A stretch of DNA of 62,889 nt, counting the filler, from Octopus bimaculoides (taxonomy: Eukaryota): NCBI RefSeq assembly GCF_001194135.2. It is 6 parts of 6 records of this genome, joined end to end, with 100 filler letters (N's around TTAATTAATTAA, not from the genome) between each part and the next. Parts side by side here need not be neighbours in the genome. Positions count along the whole stretch, not along the records: positions 61,634 to 62,889 come from NW_026348628.1; 5 more parts are not named here. One strand, 5' to 3'. The notes beneath the pieces are model-generated. The model was not told the DNA's origin and searched no databases. It saw only the letters and a list, made by a program, of their open reading frames with translations. A program made the translations under genes and the position numbers. This document shows, in pieces, positions 61,745-62,889 of the stretch (position 1 is its first letter; each line of letters opens with the position of its first letter).

Positions 61745-62460
61745 ATACTGTTTTCAGCCCGGGGTTGAGGTCATGCTGGTGCGCCACCCTTAGTTACTCA
61801 GTGTTGTTTCCGGTATTGTACTCGGTGAAGTTGCGAGACGGATGGAGCTGCTCTTCTTTGTATCTCCTGTCACGATGTTGGTTCATCTGGTATCTCAGAT
61901 AGAAACCTGTCCAGACGTTCCTTGAAAACTTCCACATCAACACCATGCAGATCTCTAAGGTTGCCTGGCAGGATGCTGAACAATTGTGGGCCCCTGAAAC
62001 CCAGACTATTGCAGTACTGTGTCCTTATTTTAGATGGGAAAGACGGGATCTTTGGTATGATGCAGTGCCATCCAGTTCGAGGATTTTTATGACTGTCAAT
62101 TCCAAAATTAGGTAATAAACCCTCCAAGATCTTCCAAATATATATCACTGCATATCTCTCTCGTCTTCTCTCCTGAAAATAGAGACTTAGCTCTTTTAGC
62201 CTCTCCCAGTTGCCCATCTTTTGCATCGAGGCAATCCTCTTTGTGTATTGGCTCTGTGTTGCTTCGAGTTCCACAGTTTGTTTCACACTCTCTAGAGACC
62301 GTAGTTGGGAGCAGTAGTCCAAACGGTTGAGAGCGAAAGTCTTCCATAGGAGTAGCAGGGCCTCTCTTTTCCTGATTCTGAATATCCTCAGAATCCAACC
62401 AGCCACTCGCCTGCACAGTGTTGCCATCATGTGAAACCGCAGATCACTCACCGACTCTGA
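61745..62460 (-). mobile_element. CR1-type LINE 3' fragment with long open C-terminal ORF2 segment and 3' UTR
   Basis: 193-aa ORF: GWILRIF..R....LLLLWK....RLDYCSQL...LEATQ..YTK.I...WERLKEL.LY..ERRRERY.VIY.WKI...F..RGPQLF..LP..LR....F K..LD.FL..IPDEP. Confidence 0.9.
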
Positions 62461-62847
62461 CTCTTGTTCACTCTTACATGTATATTGAAAAACGAATTTC
62501 GTTTAAGCTAGCAACAAACGGTTATACGGCATTGACAAGATTCAAGTGAAAGCGAAGTGCGATTTTCATTCTCGCGAGTCACTGCGGCGTTAATGTTCGT
62601 TTCACGAAGATAGATATTATGTTCTGAATCACGGACAATCCCACAGCATCCTGATTTTAACGCTATAAATACATTTTGTATGACGCACAGATGGCGATCC
62701 ATAAGTGTACTGAATGTTCCAAAAATATATAATACGTAAGTATAAATTGCTTCTGACAAGTCGTGCGAGTAAAAAGGTATTCAATTACACTAGCATATAG
62801 ATATTTGCCGACAATCAACTGCTACGTCGATTTCCACTACAATTGTC

Positions 62848-62889
<42 letters not shown>

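Overview
AT-rich, heavily gapped eukaryotic genomic DNA, dominated by microsatellites and transposon debris. The SINE repertoire and repeat style suggest a coleoid cephalopod (Octopus-like) draft assembly; this is inference and no search was run. The only well-supported host gene is five minus-strand exons (29390-34604) of an adhesion GPCR resembling ADGRG2/4/6. They encode a hormone-receptor-like domain and the first part of the GAIN domain; I found no GPS or 7TM exons. The rest is mobile DNA: four modular SINE types, R4/Dong-, RTE- and CR1-type LINE fragments, a Penelope-like GIY-YIG remnant, mariner, Tigger and Chapaev3-like transposase relics, and several MITEs. The most notable signals are (i) four minimal hammerhead-ribozyme-like motifs within about 8 kb (50.3-58.5 kb), one directly downstream of the Penelope-like endonuclease remnant; (ii) a fold-back element centred on a back-to-back (CCCTAA)n/(TTAGGG)n palindrome; (iii) a convergent pair of full-length SINEs able to form long dsRNA; (iv) a SINE tail shared with the 3' end of a CR1-like LINE in the same window; (v) a perfect 34-bp inverted repeat with no target-site duplication (TSD). 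Most ORFs in the supplied track are microsatellite, gap or SINE artefacts.
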